A DNA stretch of 64,000 nt from the human T2T-CHM13v2.0 reference genome, Homo sapiens, in the NCBI RefSeq assembly GCF_009914755.1, contig NC_060936.1. The stretch is one strand, 5' to 3'. Below, piece after piece: positions 15,701-30,900 of this stretch. The notes beneath the pieces were generated by a model. It was not told the DNA's origin, searched no databases, and worked only from the letters and a program-made list of their open reading frames with translations. The position numbers were made by a program, and so were the translations under genes. Each line of letters starts with the position of its first letter. The stretch's first letter is position 1.

Positions 15701-16340
15701 ATATCTGCACTCCCATATTTGTTGCAGCACTGTTTACAATCACCAAGATTTGGAAGCAACCTAAGTGTCCATCAACAGATGAATGGATAAAGTAAATGTG
15801 GTACTTATACACAATGGAGTACTATTCATAAAATGAATCCTGTCATTTGCAACAATACAGGTGGAACTGGAAGTCATTACGTTAAGTGAAATAAGCCAGG
15901 CACAGAAAAACATCATATGTTCTCATTTATTTGCAGAATCTAGAAATAAAAACAATTGAACTCATGGAGAGAGAGTATAGAAGGATGGTTACCAGAGGCT
16001 GGGAAGGTGAAGTGGGGATATGGTTAATGAGTATTAAAAAATAGTTAAAAAGAATAAGACCTAGTATTTGATAGCACAACAGGGTGACTATAGTCAATAA
16101 TAATTTAATTGTACTATTCTGCATAGTGGTTACAGCTATTTTTAAAATAGCTAAAATAGTATAATTGGATTGTTTGTAACACAAAGGGTAAATGCTTGAG
16201 GAATAGATAGCCCATTTTCCATGATGTGATTATTATGTGTTACATGCCTGTATCAAAACATCTCATGTACCCCCATAAACATATACACCTTTTATATACC
16301 CACAAAAAGCAAAAATACATAATTTAAAAAGAAAACATTA
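12775..16340 (+). mobile_element. 5'-truncated L1 (L1MA1-3-like): disrupted ORF2 plus 3' UTR; antisense to the host gene
   Basis: ORF2 peptides [19 protein letters not shown] (RT motif), [11 protein letters not shown] and HCWWRCKL; many stops and frameshifts; L1MA-type 3' UTR and A-rich end. Confidence 0.95.
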
Positions 16341-17223
16341 AATAAAAGATTACAGTTAGTATTACTCATACAGGCTTATATTTTAAAATAGATAGGAGTT
16401 GCTTGTTGTTGTTTTTTTTCCTAAGACAGACTATAATCATACCTGGATAGGAGGGAAAATGAGTGTGTATGCTAATGCTTAATAGTGATATCTGACTGGG
16501 TTCAAACATTAAACTTTCCAAGTTGGTAAAAAATAAATAAAAATGCAAAGCAAGGCAATGAAATAAGGAATACAATATTCAACAACCCTAAAAGATGGCA
16601 CATGTGGGTCAATTCCAAAATAAATGGAGAAAGTACACTAATCAGAGAACACAGAAAGAGCCTGATCATTGCCTTAGTCTTCCAACAATGTATGTTTGAG
16701 GCAACAAAATAAGAGGCAGAGGAGAGTTGACAGCAAGGCAATTTACCATCCTGCACCAGTGACTGTGCCAGCTTCACAACAAGGGGCCTCTGTTCCTTAA
16801 TGGAAAAGACTCAGAGATTCTCAACTTTAAACAGTATTTATAAAGAAAAGTATGCTGCTCTCATCTAGATGATAAAATTAGAAAAAAACTAAACTCCCAA
16901 GGCTATATATGCACACGCTGCATGGCACTCTTCTTTCTCCATCCTGTTTATGAAATTTTTATGTAGCCTTCCCATACCATAGCCAGTGTTGTACTCTAGA
17001 CATCAAAATCACAAATTCCAGAATGATTTCACACACAGAACATACATAATCCAATGCCTCTACCCCTATTTATGTCCCCATACTTTTTTACAAAGGTATA
17101 CAAAAATTAATTACCTCTCAAGTAGATTTCTTGCTATTATGAAAACTATGACTAGTTTTTCATTCACAACAATATTCGGCATGGTATTCACACAAAGCTG
17201 GAATTTGAAAAATATTCTATCAG

Positions 17224-17585
17224 TGTATTAGTATATTCTCACACTAATAATAGACATACCTGAGACTAATTTATAAAGGAAAAGAGGTTTAATGGACTCA
17301 CAGTTCCACATGGCTAGGGAGGCCTCATAATCATGTCCAAAGGTGAAGGAGGAGCAAAGTAACATCTTACATGGTAGCAGGCAAGAGAGCATATGCAGGG
17401 GAACTCCCCTTTATAAAACCATCAGATCTCGTGAGACTTATTCACTGTCACAAGAACAGCACCACGGGAAAGACCCACCCCCATGATTCAGTTACCTCCC
17501 ACCGGGTCCCTCTCATGACACATGGGAATTATGCAAGCTACAATTCAAGATGAGCTTTGGGTGGGGACACAGTGAAACCATATCA
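17224..17585 (-). mobile_element. THE1 (THE1B/C-like) MaLR solo LTR
   Basis: TG...CA ends; 5-bp TSD atcag at 17219-17223 and 17586-17590; consensus-like body. Confidence 0.92.
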
Positions 17586-18957
17586 ATCAGTCAAGTTAGA
17601 AGGAGCTGAATGACAAGTCAAGAGACAATCTGTTCAAGTCCACAAGGTTCCAGGCAAATTAAGAAATATTCCAGGATCAGCAGGAGAGAGGCAAAATATC
17701 AGACAAAGGTTACCAGAACCGAGGACTGATTTTATGTAAACTGTAAAACCAACAGGCCTTTGAAGAACTTTTCTCTCTCTAAATCTATGACTATACAACC
17801 TAAAGATTTTATTTTCAGGGCTTGATGAAACTTCAACCAGATAAAGTAATGTCTGAACCTCTGAAGCCAGAAATTATACTTTATCAATTTAACTCTTTTC
17901 AGTCAATAACTATGTCTGACGTCAGCAATTCTGAGGTGCTAGATCTTAGGGAAAGGGAAAGGTTCAGCTAAGACAATTTAAATAAAACCTTGACCTCTTC
18001 TTCCTTTAAGCTCTCATCTTGAGATAAGAACATCAGGTCTCATACTTTCTGGGGAATGAAGATCTAATACAAGTAATTCAATAAAAAAACAAGTAGTATC
18101 TACAACCATTAAAACTAAACATTATCAATGTCAAGTACAATATCACTCTCCAAAAACAGAAGACCATTAATCATTTTCCATTGAATTATTTTATATTGAA
18201 AGTCAGAATTTTTCTATAAACTGAGATTAATCCTTGTTTAATGATATCTATCAGGTTATAATTGACCTTAGAAGCCCTTGAAGTTATGAGGTCATAGCCA
18301 ACTTAGAATTCCCAGAGAAATCCAAACAAAAAGGAGCAGAGCCAATTTTTAGCATTTTAAAGCTTTTTCAGTTTGCAAATCAAAACTCACACCAGGCAGA
18401 CTTTAACAAAAGAACCTGAAAAAAGTACCTAAATGAAACAAAATAAGCCTTTATCCCAAAAAGTGATGCCTAGTAGTGATTCCTTCACTTTATAAGTTAT
18501 TTGAATACAATAAACTGTAGACTACAAGTAAAAGTCTCATGTATAAATACTACCAAGGGTCATGGGTGCACAATTCCATACTTGTATTTCTACCCATATC
18601 AACTGGTGACTTTTACATGCTACTCCAACAGATCTTACAGCAATCAGATGTTAAAGAGTTTGAAAAATAGTCCCTTGCTGAGGGCAAAAATAAATAAATA
18701 CAGGAAAAAAACAATAACAGATGCACCCAGAAAGAGAGAAGAAAGGATCAAGAAACTGTACCCTTCAGTAGCTTTCAGTAAGAAAAAAAAATTGTTTTAA
18801 TTATTAAAAGAAAATGAGATACTGAAATTATTGGGGGTAGAGAAGAACTAAATAAAAAATGGCCAACAGAAACTGGAGAGAGATTTCTTCAGAAAAGTAA
18901 ACTGTAGTAAATTAGTGTTACAAAGAAGTGATTTTCAAAATGTCTGCAGGGAGTTAA

Positions 18958-19342
<385 letters not shown>

Positions 19343-19389
19343 TAAAAGTTTTAACAGAGAAAAAAAATACTCTTCAGCAGTTTGTTTTA

Positions 19390-20090
<701 letters not shown>

Positions 20091-21385
20091 TCATTACTAC
20101 CAAAAGGAATTAGTCTAAATTCTATAAGTATCCATAACTACATTTGCTCTATCTTTAAACAGCAGGTCTCACATTTTAAGATTCTCAGATTTATGCTTTT
20201 CACAAATTCCACAAGCCAGTCAAATAGCCATCTCTGATGTTTAAATATATATATATGATGACAATGATGATGGTGGTGGTGAGAATGATGATGGAGACAA
20301 ATAATGACAGCAACTAACAATGTGTGTGGGCCTGGCAAATAGCACCTAAGAACAAGAGATTGCATGACTACTTCTAATATTCTACTCAAAAAATAACTGT
20401 ATGGTGAAGGAAATCTAAATAATATTGTTCAAAATATATCAATGTTAATAAGAAGTTTACAAATTGGAAGGTAAATTAAATATGGACAGAACAACAGAGT
20501 TCATCCCTACCATTTTCACAAATTATTTCTACAGAAGCAGACTAGTTCTACTAAGGTCTAGTAACTACTGTTCACCAGTGGAATTTTATGCAGAAAAATG
20601 TTTCTGCTATGAAATGTTTTATCTTGACGCTTTCTATTCTAAAGCCACAACAGGTTGCACACAGAAAAAAGCCGTTAAATGACACAGTGGCATAAAATGA
20701 AACCCTCCTCTAGGAACACCCTACTGAATGGAACACAGGAAGTTGACAGTATCAGGTCAGTCTTAGGCCATAAAGAAGTACTTTATTATCCTCATTGTTA
20801 CTCTATTTTCCAAAACAGTGAACTAAATGCCCTATTTTTCCAATACATTAAAAAAGGCTTATATTCACCCACCTCTCTCAACACTAAATATTTGTTTCAA
20901 ACTGAGATATGTCTTCTTCTCTGCTAAACATGGTTGTTAGAATAAGGAAATTGAAATGGTTGGTGGCAACAGCTCTCCTTCCAGGAATACCTGTCAAAAT
21001 ACTCATTTGTCAGTTTTAAGCTGTCTGGAAATCTGTTTTCCCAACAGGATTTTGCAAAGCAAAAACATTTCAAGTGGAAAAATATATTACAAAGTTGTCT
21101 TTCCCCAGAGAATAAAATAGATATTTTTGGTTGTTATTTTACAAATAAAGTTTTCCATTCAATTTAGAATAATGTAAAGAAATGTTAAGTATTACCTTAG
21201 AAACTGGAATTATGCTTTTCTTCCATTGCAGTTAAGAATTAACCTAAGTAAAAACCAAAGACTTACAGAATATTAGAGTTGGAAGAAATCTGGGAGATAT
21301 CCAATTTTTAAAAAAACTGTTCTGGCTTATACAGTTAACTATTGAATAATAATAAAAGGAGGGAAATGAGATTTAAGAATTTTAA

Positions 21386-21682
<297 letters not shown>

Positions 21683-23169
21683 AGAATTTTAAGAGCAGAG
21701 GTAGTGAGATAAGTTCCCCAACAAATTACCCTAAGTTGGGTGTGTAGTATTTACTAAATATTAATTAATAAGAACATCACTTGAGGAGTTGGGTTCTTGA
21801 TACATTAAGTCACGGAATTTTCAGAAGCCAGTTTTTTTGAAGGGAGAAAATAGGAGCTTTTTCAATATTACTCTCAAGCAAAATAATCTCCCTCCAACAT
21901 AGTAGTGATTCGGCAATCCACACAAATCTACACAGGGAAAAACTTTTTTTCCTATCCCAAATAGGTGGATGGCTAACATTAAACAATATTGACATATATG
22001 AAGTCATCTTAAGATTAATATCAAGGAAAACATGATACAATACTAAGAAAAGACAAAAGCAGAGGTCTGGCACTCTGCAGATTCTCCAGGTTTACACACC
22101 TTTTGATTCAAAAAGAACCAAAACCATTTCTTATATATTATTTTAATCAGACTATACTTTCAACATTTTACAGATGAAATTATAATCACCTGAGCTTTTA
22201 AAAAATAAAAATTAGGCACAAATACACTTATTCATAATTGCGCTGGCAAACAGTTCTTATCAGATATTTAAATCTTTGTGAACAGACAGCCCCCTTCTTT
22301 TCCCATATGCCCCCAAGTCAAGCCTCATCTCTCTCCCTGTCACCCATAAAATCTCACTTTATGTTCCATTAACCAGGATCACATGAACTAACCTGAAAGA
22401 AAAAAACAGGAGTTCTCTGTCTATAGAATAATGTTGGCAAAATAAATTGACATATGCTTAACAAAAAGCACACAAAAAATAAGAGATACAATCAGGCAAA
22501 TATTATATGTCATTCTTTCATTATTAACATAAAATTGTAACTCTACTTTTGCCAATTTTATCAAGACTCTCAAAATAAATGCCACACTTGATATATACAT
22601 ACAACAAGAATAAGAAAAAATAAATGAAAAATGCATTTTCAAGGATATATTAAAGAAAATCACTCAGAGTTTTATGAAAAATAAGCAAACTAGCATTACA
22701 GTTATTACTCAACTTTGGAAAAATTACACAAATATAAGACGCTCTTGTTGGCAAATATTAAGAAAAAACATTTTCACAGAAATATCTTGAGTATATCTGG
22801 AAAGCAAAACATTTAAGATGTTAAGATATAAGATGTATTTATGATTTAAAATAATCTCTATATAATTATTCTGCACATCACGAGAATATTCAAGACTCTA
22901 TTGAATTTCTCCCCAAACAATGAACATCTCTATATAGTAACTCTATTTTCAGTCTTTTGTCTAACACTAGCATTCACGAGAATCTGATCACAGAGCAAAA
23001 TAAATTGGACACAGTACAAAAATTTCCTGAACTTTCTGACCAAAGTCATGTTTTATTATTTCTCAGATGTATTCTGCAGTTATGCTGATTTTATTCTTAG
23101 CAGTTGAATAATACCCAAAATAGTTCCAGTGCCACAATTATTTGTAATTTTCATGTTTTTTTAATTAGG

Positions 23170-23535
<366 letters not shown>

Positions 23536-24898
23536 AGAAGAAGGGAAAGGGAAAAAGAAAGGAAGGGAAAAAATAACATTATTCATACTATTAAAAATAT
23601 TTATAATTACAGTAGGATTTGGTAAAAACAATGTGCTAAAGCGTGTTTTTGTAGGCCCTTTTGGGTTTAGTTCATGAAATATCAAAAAGCTCTCACTGTC
23701 TTACTCATAATACAAAAATCTTGAAAATTGTGCTCTAATGAGGGGAAAGGATAGAAAAGAGTCAGACTGAAAAAATATCATCTTTGTTGGCTTTTTATTC
23801 TAAGAGCTCAGTTTTTTGTGGAAAAAGTTATAATACTTTAAAACAATGGTTTACTTATTAAATCTGTGAGATGTTAAAGAGCATAATCATAGCCCACATT
23901 TAAAAGAATGGGAACCTGAAAAACAGGCATGTTTGCCAGAAGGGTTTATCCTAAATAACAGAGTACATTCTGATTGTCACCATGATTAAGCTTTTTCAGA
24001 ATATTTCAATTTAGGCTCAGTAAAAACTGTGGTCAGTATTTTTTTCCTTTTCATATTGAGAGTTGGGATGTTACTGGCACAAATCTCATGATGAAAGATG
24101 CAAGAAAAAATTCATTTATTTCATCATTTAACCAATACACATTGAGCGTCTATCACACAAAAGCACCACTCCAGGCTTTAAGGCCTGTCCAAAAGTAAAA
24201 ATCAGATATGGAGCCTACCTTAGAGGAGCTTGATACCTGGTATCAGGTAACACACATGTATATAAATTACAGTTCACGAAAGAAAATAAGTGCCTAGGCG
24301 ATCCTGAGAAAAAAAATATTAAGTGGGAGAGGTACCAAAGAAGGTAGATTATTCTACAATGGCAGATAAAGTAGACCTTAACTGATGGATTCGATTTGTA
24401 TATAGAGATAAATTAAAAAGTTATTCCAAATATAGACAAGAGGGACACTGAAGCACAGACTGGGAAAACTGAAGTATACAGATGAAAGTGTATAGTACCT
24501 CACTTTGGCTAATGAGTAATTTATAGGAAAGCGGGTAGTGAGGCTAAAATTAAAGAAAGTCACCAGGTTGTGAAAAGCCTGAAAAGGAAACCTTTGTTAG
24601 CAGTTTTTAAAGCAATGGACTGACATCATCTGAACTCAGCTTTAGCAAGACTGATCTGAAAGTAGTAATTAACATGAATTGAAGTAGGACAGAGGCAGAT
24701 ACAGAGACATTCAGGAGGGAATAGCTTAAGAAAATGGTCATATAGCCTTGAAACAGTGAAAAACTGAACAGAAGGGGCAAAGGCGAGGGTTAACTTTAAT
24801 GTGAAAGCAGCAAAATCTGGCAATCAGTTGCATATGGCAGGTAAAGGAGAAGGGGGGTCATGGATGTGTTCTTCTAATGGGCTAGAAATTCTCCGTAG

Positions 24899-24970
24899 GA
24901 TTGCACTGCACTCCAGCCTGGGTAACAGAACAAGACTGTCTCTTAAAAAAAAAAAGAAAAGAAAAAGAAA
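24899..24970 (+). mobile_element. Severely 5'-truncated Alu with TSD
   Basis: Last ~45 nt of an Alu plus tail; agaaattctccgtag (24884-24898) and agaaattcttcctag (24971-24985) match 13/15. Confidence 0.85.
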
Positions 24971-25071
24971 AGAAATTCTTCCTAGAACTGAACTATTTTT
25001 GTGGCTAACTCATTACAAAGAATTCTTTGTGGCAGTATTGAGAGCTAATTTCAATACAAAAGAAAGGGGAA

Positions 25072-25235
25072 GGCCGGGGGCGGTGGCTCATGCCTGTAAT
25101 CACAGCACTTTGGGAGGCCGAGGTGGGTGGATCACGAGGTCAGGAGATCGAGACCATCCTGGCTAATGCGGTGAAACCCCGTCTCTACTAAAAATACAAA
25201 AAATTAGCAGGGCATAGTGGCGGGCGCCCGTAGTC
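25072..25235 (+). mobile_element. 3'-truncated AluY-like
   Basis: Left arm and linker present; stops abruptly at cccgtagtc with no tail. Confidence 0.9.
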
Positions 25236-27779
25236 TTCATTTGTACCACCCTAATGAGCATATGGGGAACCACTGAAGAGTTTTAAGCAAGGTAGTTAAC
25301 ATGATTAGCAGTGAGAGACGGAAGAGGAGAGTGCTCTATCAGCCATTTGCTGACTCAAAAAGATTTAATGACTGTTGACATATAGGTGGGGCAGAAAGGT
25401 GGGTAAGAAAAAGAGTCCAGGAAAAATTCAGATTTCTAAGGTTGTCATTTGGATAAAAGTCACTCCAAGTAGAGAGACAGAAAGAGATGAGGGGGCCAGA
25501 GTAAAAGCAAGAAATTAATTTTGGGAAATGTGAAGTCTGAGGGGCCTGTGTGATATTCAGCTTCAGTCATAAATAGAGTTAGAGTTCCCAAGAAAGGCAT
25601 CACCTGAAGAACTGAGAGTAACTGTTCTAAACGAAACACTGAGGTTCCCTAGAAAGAGAATGAAACTTAGGCTGTAACATGAAATGAGATGAAGGCTAAG
25701 AAAATAATTCCAGAAAATCCAGAAACTTTTCAACTTGTGAGTGTTCTGAGAATACACAAAACCATGAACTGAGGCACAAAATAAATAAATAAATAAATAA
25801 AGCATTGGCTCTCACTGCTGCCAACAGATGGTGCTAGAACTTACTTGAGAGTTTCACTTAGGAAGAATTTTGGATACCTATTCCATCCCAAGTAGCAGAG
25901 CTTCTGAATCAACATCTAAGTGTAGATGGGTAACAAAGCAGAGGTAGATGTTAACCAGGAAAGAACAGCACCACCACAGGAGCCAAAGGAAGAGAATATT
26001 CTTTTTATTTAAAAGAAGGCAAAAATCATTACAAACATACATTCATTCAGCAAATAGACGGGTCTACAAAGTACCAGAAACCCTAAATGGTAAAAATTCA
26101 TAGTGAACGAGACACAGTTTATGTCCTCAAAGAGTTTACAGGTAAATGCTACAGCAAAATCAAGTAAAAACTAAACATTTTCCTTTTGGTTTAGCTTTTA
26201 GAAGATGGCAGATGACCTACAGACATAAGCTCAGCATCAGACCACAGTGGGCTCGCTGATGTAGGAGAAGTGAAGAGGAAACCATAGACATTAAGCTTCT
26301 CTTCAAGAATCTTAGGTGGAAACAAGACAGAAATAAGGCAGCAGCAAAAGGATGTTAAGAGACTATGTTCCATATATGCAGAATACCTCACCAAGACACA
26401 CCTGAACTCCAAGAGCTTACTATATACACACTTGGACATAGGTACATATAAGAGAGAGAAGAATCACATTTTAAACTGACTCCATAATACATTTTGCAAT
26501 AGAGGCCTGAATTATTAAAATTACATTCTAATGTTATTAATTGTGATTATTAATGGTTCTTTTACTATGCTCTGGTTTAAGTCAAGTTGAAAATTAGAAG
26601 GCAATCATGAAGCCACAAAATTTCAATCATCCTCAGAAGAAGGAGGAAATGAATGGGGATACCCTGGTATTAAACATATGCACAGGACCAAATTATGTGT
26701 TAAAGGGAGATAGATACATGAAATATTTTAGAACTGTGTTTATCAGCCCCTTCAAGAGACTATGGAGAGAGATTTAAGAAAAAAAAAAAGCATTGGGGAT
26801 AAGAAGAGAGACATGATGCAGCAGAAGCAAGTAAGTATTCTAAGTACAAGTACTTATTAGAAAGAATAATGTGATATTAACAAGTCTAGCTGACATAGTC
26901 TGCATCAGTTTTATCATTCCAGCAAATAATCTCAGGACAACATTATTTTGACAGCATATGACATGAATCAAATGCATATCATAGGAAGAAGAAAGAAGTT
27001 CCTATCTGTGTCTAGTAAACAGAGTGACAAGGTGGCAATCAGGGGAAGTCAATGTCTGACCAAACAAAAGTAATTCACATTGGTAACTATAATTCTCTCT
27101 CATTTTTGCAGTAGCAATTTATAAAATTTATAATAAAGGCTAGAAATTTTTTGTGACTTTAATAAACATAATCAATTTCATGCATTCATAAATATTTGTT
27201 AAAATTTCTTTAACAGCCTCATCTTCTTTGGATAGTCGAGCAAATGTCACCAGAAGTGTACAAACTAATTTACTGCAGAAAAGCAGGAAAATAATTCCAC
27301 CATCTTTTACCAATATATTCAAATACTACCTTTGAAAAAAATTCTTCAAAAATAACTAATTTTTAGCGTGTCATCAATTAAAAAAAAAAGATTCTCTGGT
27401 AATGGTTTGCTTGAGCCACGAATAAGAAGGAATAACCAAAATGAGGAACTAATGAATTTTTTCTTTTGGAAAAGAGGTGCCTGTATGCTACACCTCTTTT
27501 ACAGATTTGATAAAACTGCAGAGATGAATTTATATATCTACCCCCCTCCTTCACCCCACCCCCCCTGCAACTTGCATACAGGCCTAGTGTTATTTAAGCA
27601 AACAGTAAACAGCTATTACTCTTCAGTTAGGTAGACAGAACTTGGAAAATTATTAGATCACAAGGTTGCCACAGGGACGCCAACCATCTGTCTAGTAAGT
27701 ATGAATGACTTCTTCCTCCCTGTTATCCTGTATTCTACAATGCTCAATAGGCAAGGTAAGGGAAAGGTTACAGGTTTGT

Positions 27780-27942
27780 TATACATATACATATATATAT
27801 ATATACACATATAAATATATATGTACACATATAAAATATATATACATATATAAATATAAATATACATACATACATATAAAATATATATACACACATATAT
27901 ATATTTTAAACATATAAATATATAAATATATATATATATAAA
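27780..27942. repeat. (TA)n-rich imperfect microsatellite
   Basis: atacatatacatatatat... about 160 bp. Confidence 0.95.
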
Positions 27943-30900
27943 AAATAGTGACCAAAATATTTGGTCCAAATTACCAACAGGGTGGGAAAACTCAGGGACT
28001 TTTATTCTTCCACAGCCAACAAAGTAATCAATGATTTGACAAATATTTATCTAAAGCCTTCTTTGTGCACAGAAATCTTTTTTTTAGTTCAGTGTATAAT
28101 GGCCCAATCCATGCATGCTTAGTATTTAAAAGCAATTCTTGACCCTGCTACCAAACAATTAAGCTCCCTGCAGTGCAAATAAGGAAGTTTTTTGAAACAG
28201 ATAGTTATGAATCTTTCATTCATAGTAGCTAACTAGAAACATATGAGCCAAACCCATTGTGAGTATCATTTCAGTGGTGTGTAATTTGAGAGGTGTGTTA
28301 GAATGCGCTTGGCCCCACTAAAGAAGGAGTCCACATTTTCCTTGCTTGCAAGTGAAATGCAAAAACAATTTTGCAACTTGGCAATTCATATGGCAGTCTT
28401 AAAGTTACCCACATTCAAAATTCAAGACAATAGAATTTTCCCCATCTCTAAGGTTTAACACTTTACGATCAGCCTAAGGTGTTACATATGAATTCATTTT
28501 ATGAATAATGGCTTCTTCACTCCCAAAAGCTTGCAGGAAAAAATACTGAATACCGTATATAAAAATGACACAAACCACACTTGTCTGGTCTGATCTTAAA
28601 TTGACCTTAATAGTTTAAAATCTTTCAAAGGGAGTACTGATATACTGTAATTTTCCCCAAAGCTCATAAATAGCCAACGTTCCTTTGTGGAATCATTGTA
28701 AAATACATGTAATTTGGAAATAGACTTATTTTATAAATCCACAGTACCAGTATATGTAGAAAAACAATACAAAATGTGAATATCATTACATTTGAATAGG
28801 AAAAAATGTGAATCTATATTAAGGAAAGAGGGCGAGAAAAGCAAAAAAGATTAGCCTTTATTTTCCAGATTTTTGAGCCCTTACCTAGAACCTGATGCTT
28901 CTGTTAAGTTTTTATGCTTCTTTTCATTTAGGTGTCTAACATCACGCAGTCCACAAGGATAAGAATGTTGTCTATCTTGTCAATTAGAGTATTCTCATTA
29001 TTTAGTACTAGCACTTAATAGGCACTTATTTAATATTTCTTTATTGACAGATAAATTTCATTAACTGAAACAAAATTATTTTCTATTAGGTAAAGTTGTA
29101 TATTCCAGGACTGTTAGATCAAGAAACTAGATTGGGTTACATTAAGCCAATGGGCCTGCTAATGATTTAGCAAAATTCCTATCTCATATATGCGTATCAC
29201 AAGAAAGAACACTGGAAAAAGCTGAAATGAATCAAACCAGATCTGACACCACTACAACAAACAAAACTCACCTTCACATACAAAGGGCAGTTCCATATGT
29301 ATTTTATTATATATTCAATATAAATTTGTGTACATATTTCTCTCCAGCAATTTTTCTTTTAAAAGAAATTTTTGCCCAAGTATTCTCCTTTCCAGTGATT
29401 GGTATGGTTGATATCAGTAACAGAAATAGCAAGAATAATTAGAAAGGGAGGAAGAAGCAGCTGAAATGATCATAGCTAGAAGCTTTTAAATGTAATTTTG
29501 GGGGGAAATAATACACTTCTGGCTGAACTAGTTTATCTAGCCTTAAAAGTTAAGCCATGTTCTCAAGTCAGCCCCTGCAAAGGAGCAATCCGGTACTCTT
29601 TTGGAAGAGAGAAAAAAACAGCTGGCTTAGGTGAGTGACCTACTCTAAAAACCTTCCCCTCAAGTTCACATGCACACTCTCAGGAACTAACACAGACCTA
29701 GATTGGCCTCTATGCATCAGCAAGCATTTGTTACACCTAATACCCAAAACCCAAATGATGCCCACGTTAGCCCAATAACGTCAATGTTAGCTAGAAATGT
29801 CTGGCTCAATCTCGCAAGAATAGGAATTTCCACATTCAGAACTGTCTTTTATTTTGCAGTTATTTATTGAATACTTATTCAATATACACTTAAATAATAT
29901 ATTGTTCCTTACAGCATATAATCAAAGTTCCCTAGATATAGCTTATGAAGAGCACAGTGTTAGTAAAAATGGCTGATGGGTTCTTGAGAATTTTAGCGTT
30001 TCCCCTTTTGCTACCGCCAAACTATTTTTATATCAGATTCTACCACCACTTGTTTTCCCAATCATTTTATCACTTTATCTATTAGTTTGGAATCTTATTG
30101 AAAATTTCATATTTCCCAGTAATGATAGTTTGATTTTATCAATGCCTTTGAAAACCATAAACATAACACAAAATGTATTTGCTAGCCATTGGATTAAATT
30201 ATCCCATATTTTTAGGTCTTTTATCCTGTAGTCCAATGAGAGCTGATAAAATCATTCTTCAACTATTCTACTAACTGCCTGGCAGAGAGAAAAGATGAAA
30301 ATAGCTAGAGATAACAGATATAGATGGAGGAAGGACATTGGAGGTAAGATGAAGTCACTTTTATATCTATTTTAAGATTCTTTACAATGCCATGGAGTAG
30401 CCTATATAAATTTTTTTTTTACATTATATAACTCAAGATATATTTTAATTCAAATTCTAAAATTCCCTACAGTGATAAGGGGTACTTACAAAGCAGAATG
30501 AAAAAAAACACACACACACACACAAAACAAAACAAAAAACCAACAGCATATGTTCTAATATATGACCAAAACCACAGTGGACCTTTCTAATCAGTATAAA
30601 AACTGAATGGTGTTAAGATGCATTCCAGTTAAAGTTAAGCACTGTTAACACATTTATTCCGGACTAGATTTCACTCTTTTCATAATGAGATTTTACTATT
30701 TCCAAAATCACTTACTTAGTACCCAAATAAGGTAAAGGCGATGAAGGCTTCAATCCCTCCTTTGTTTCAAACCCCCTAGCAGCCTAAACTTAACCTTCAC
30801 TGTCATAACCACTATGAATGTCTCTTTTATTCAGACTTCTCTCTCCATGACTGAGATCTCACCAGGCAGTGAGAAAGAGTTAGAATAGTAATTGGAAAGC

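Noticed and set aside
12930-15795. L1 ORF2-like ORFs (RT and Cys-rich pieces)
   Set aside because: Fragments of a dead, 5'-truncated L1, not a functional RT system
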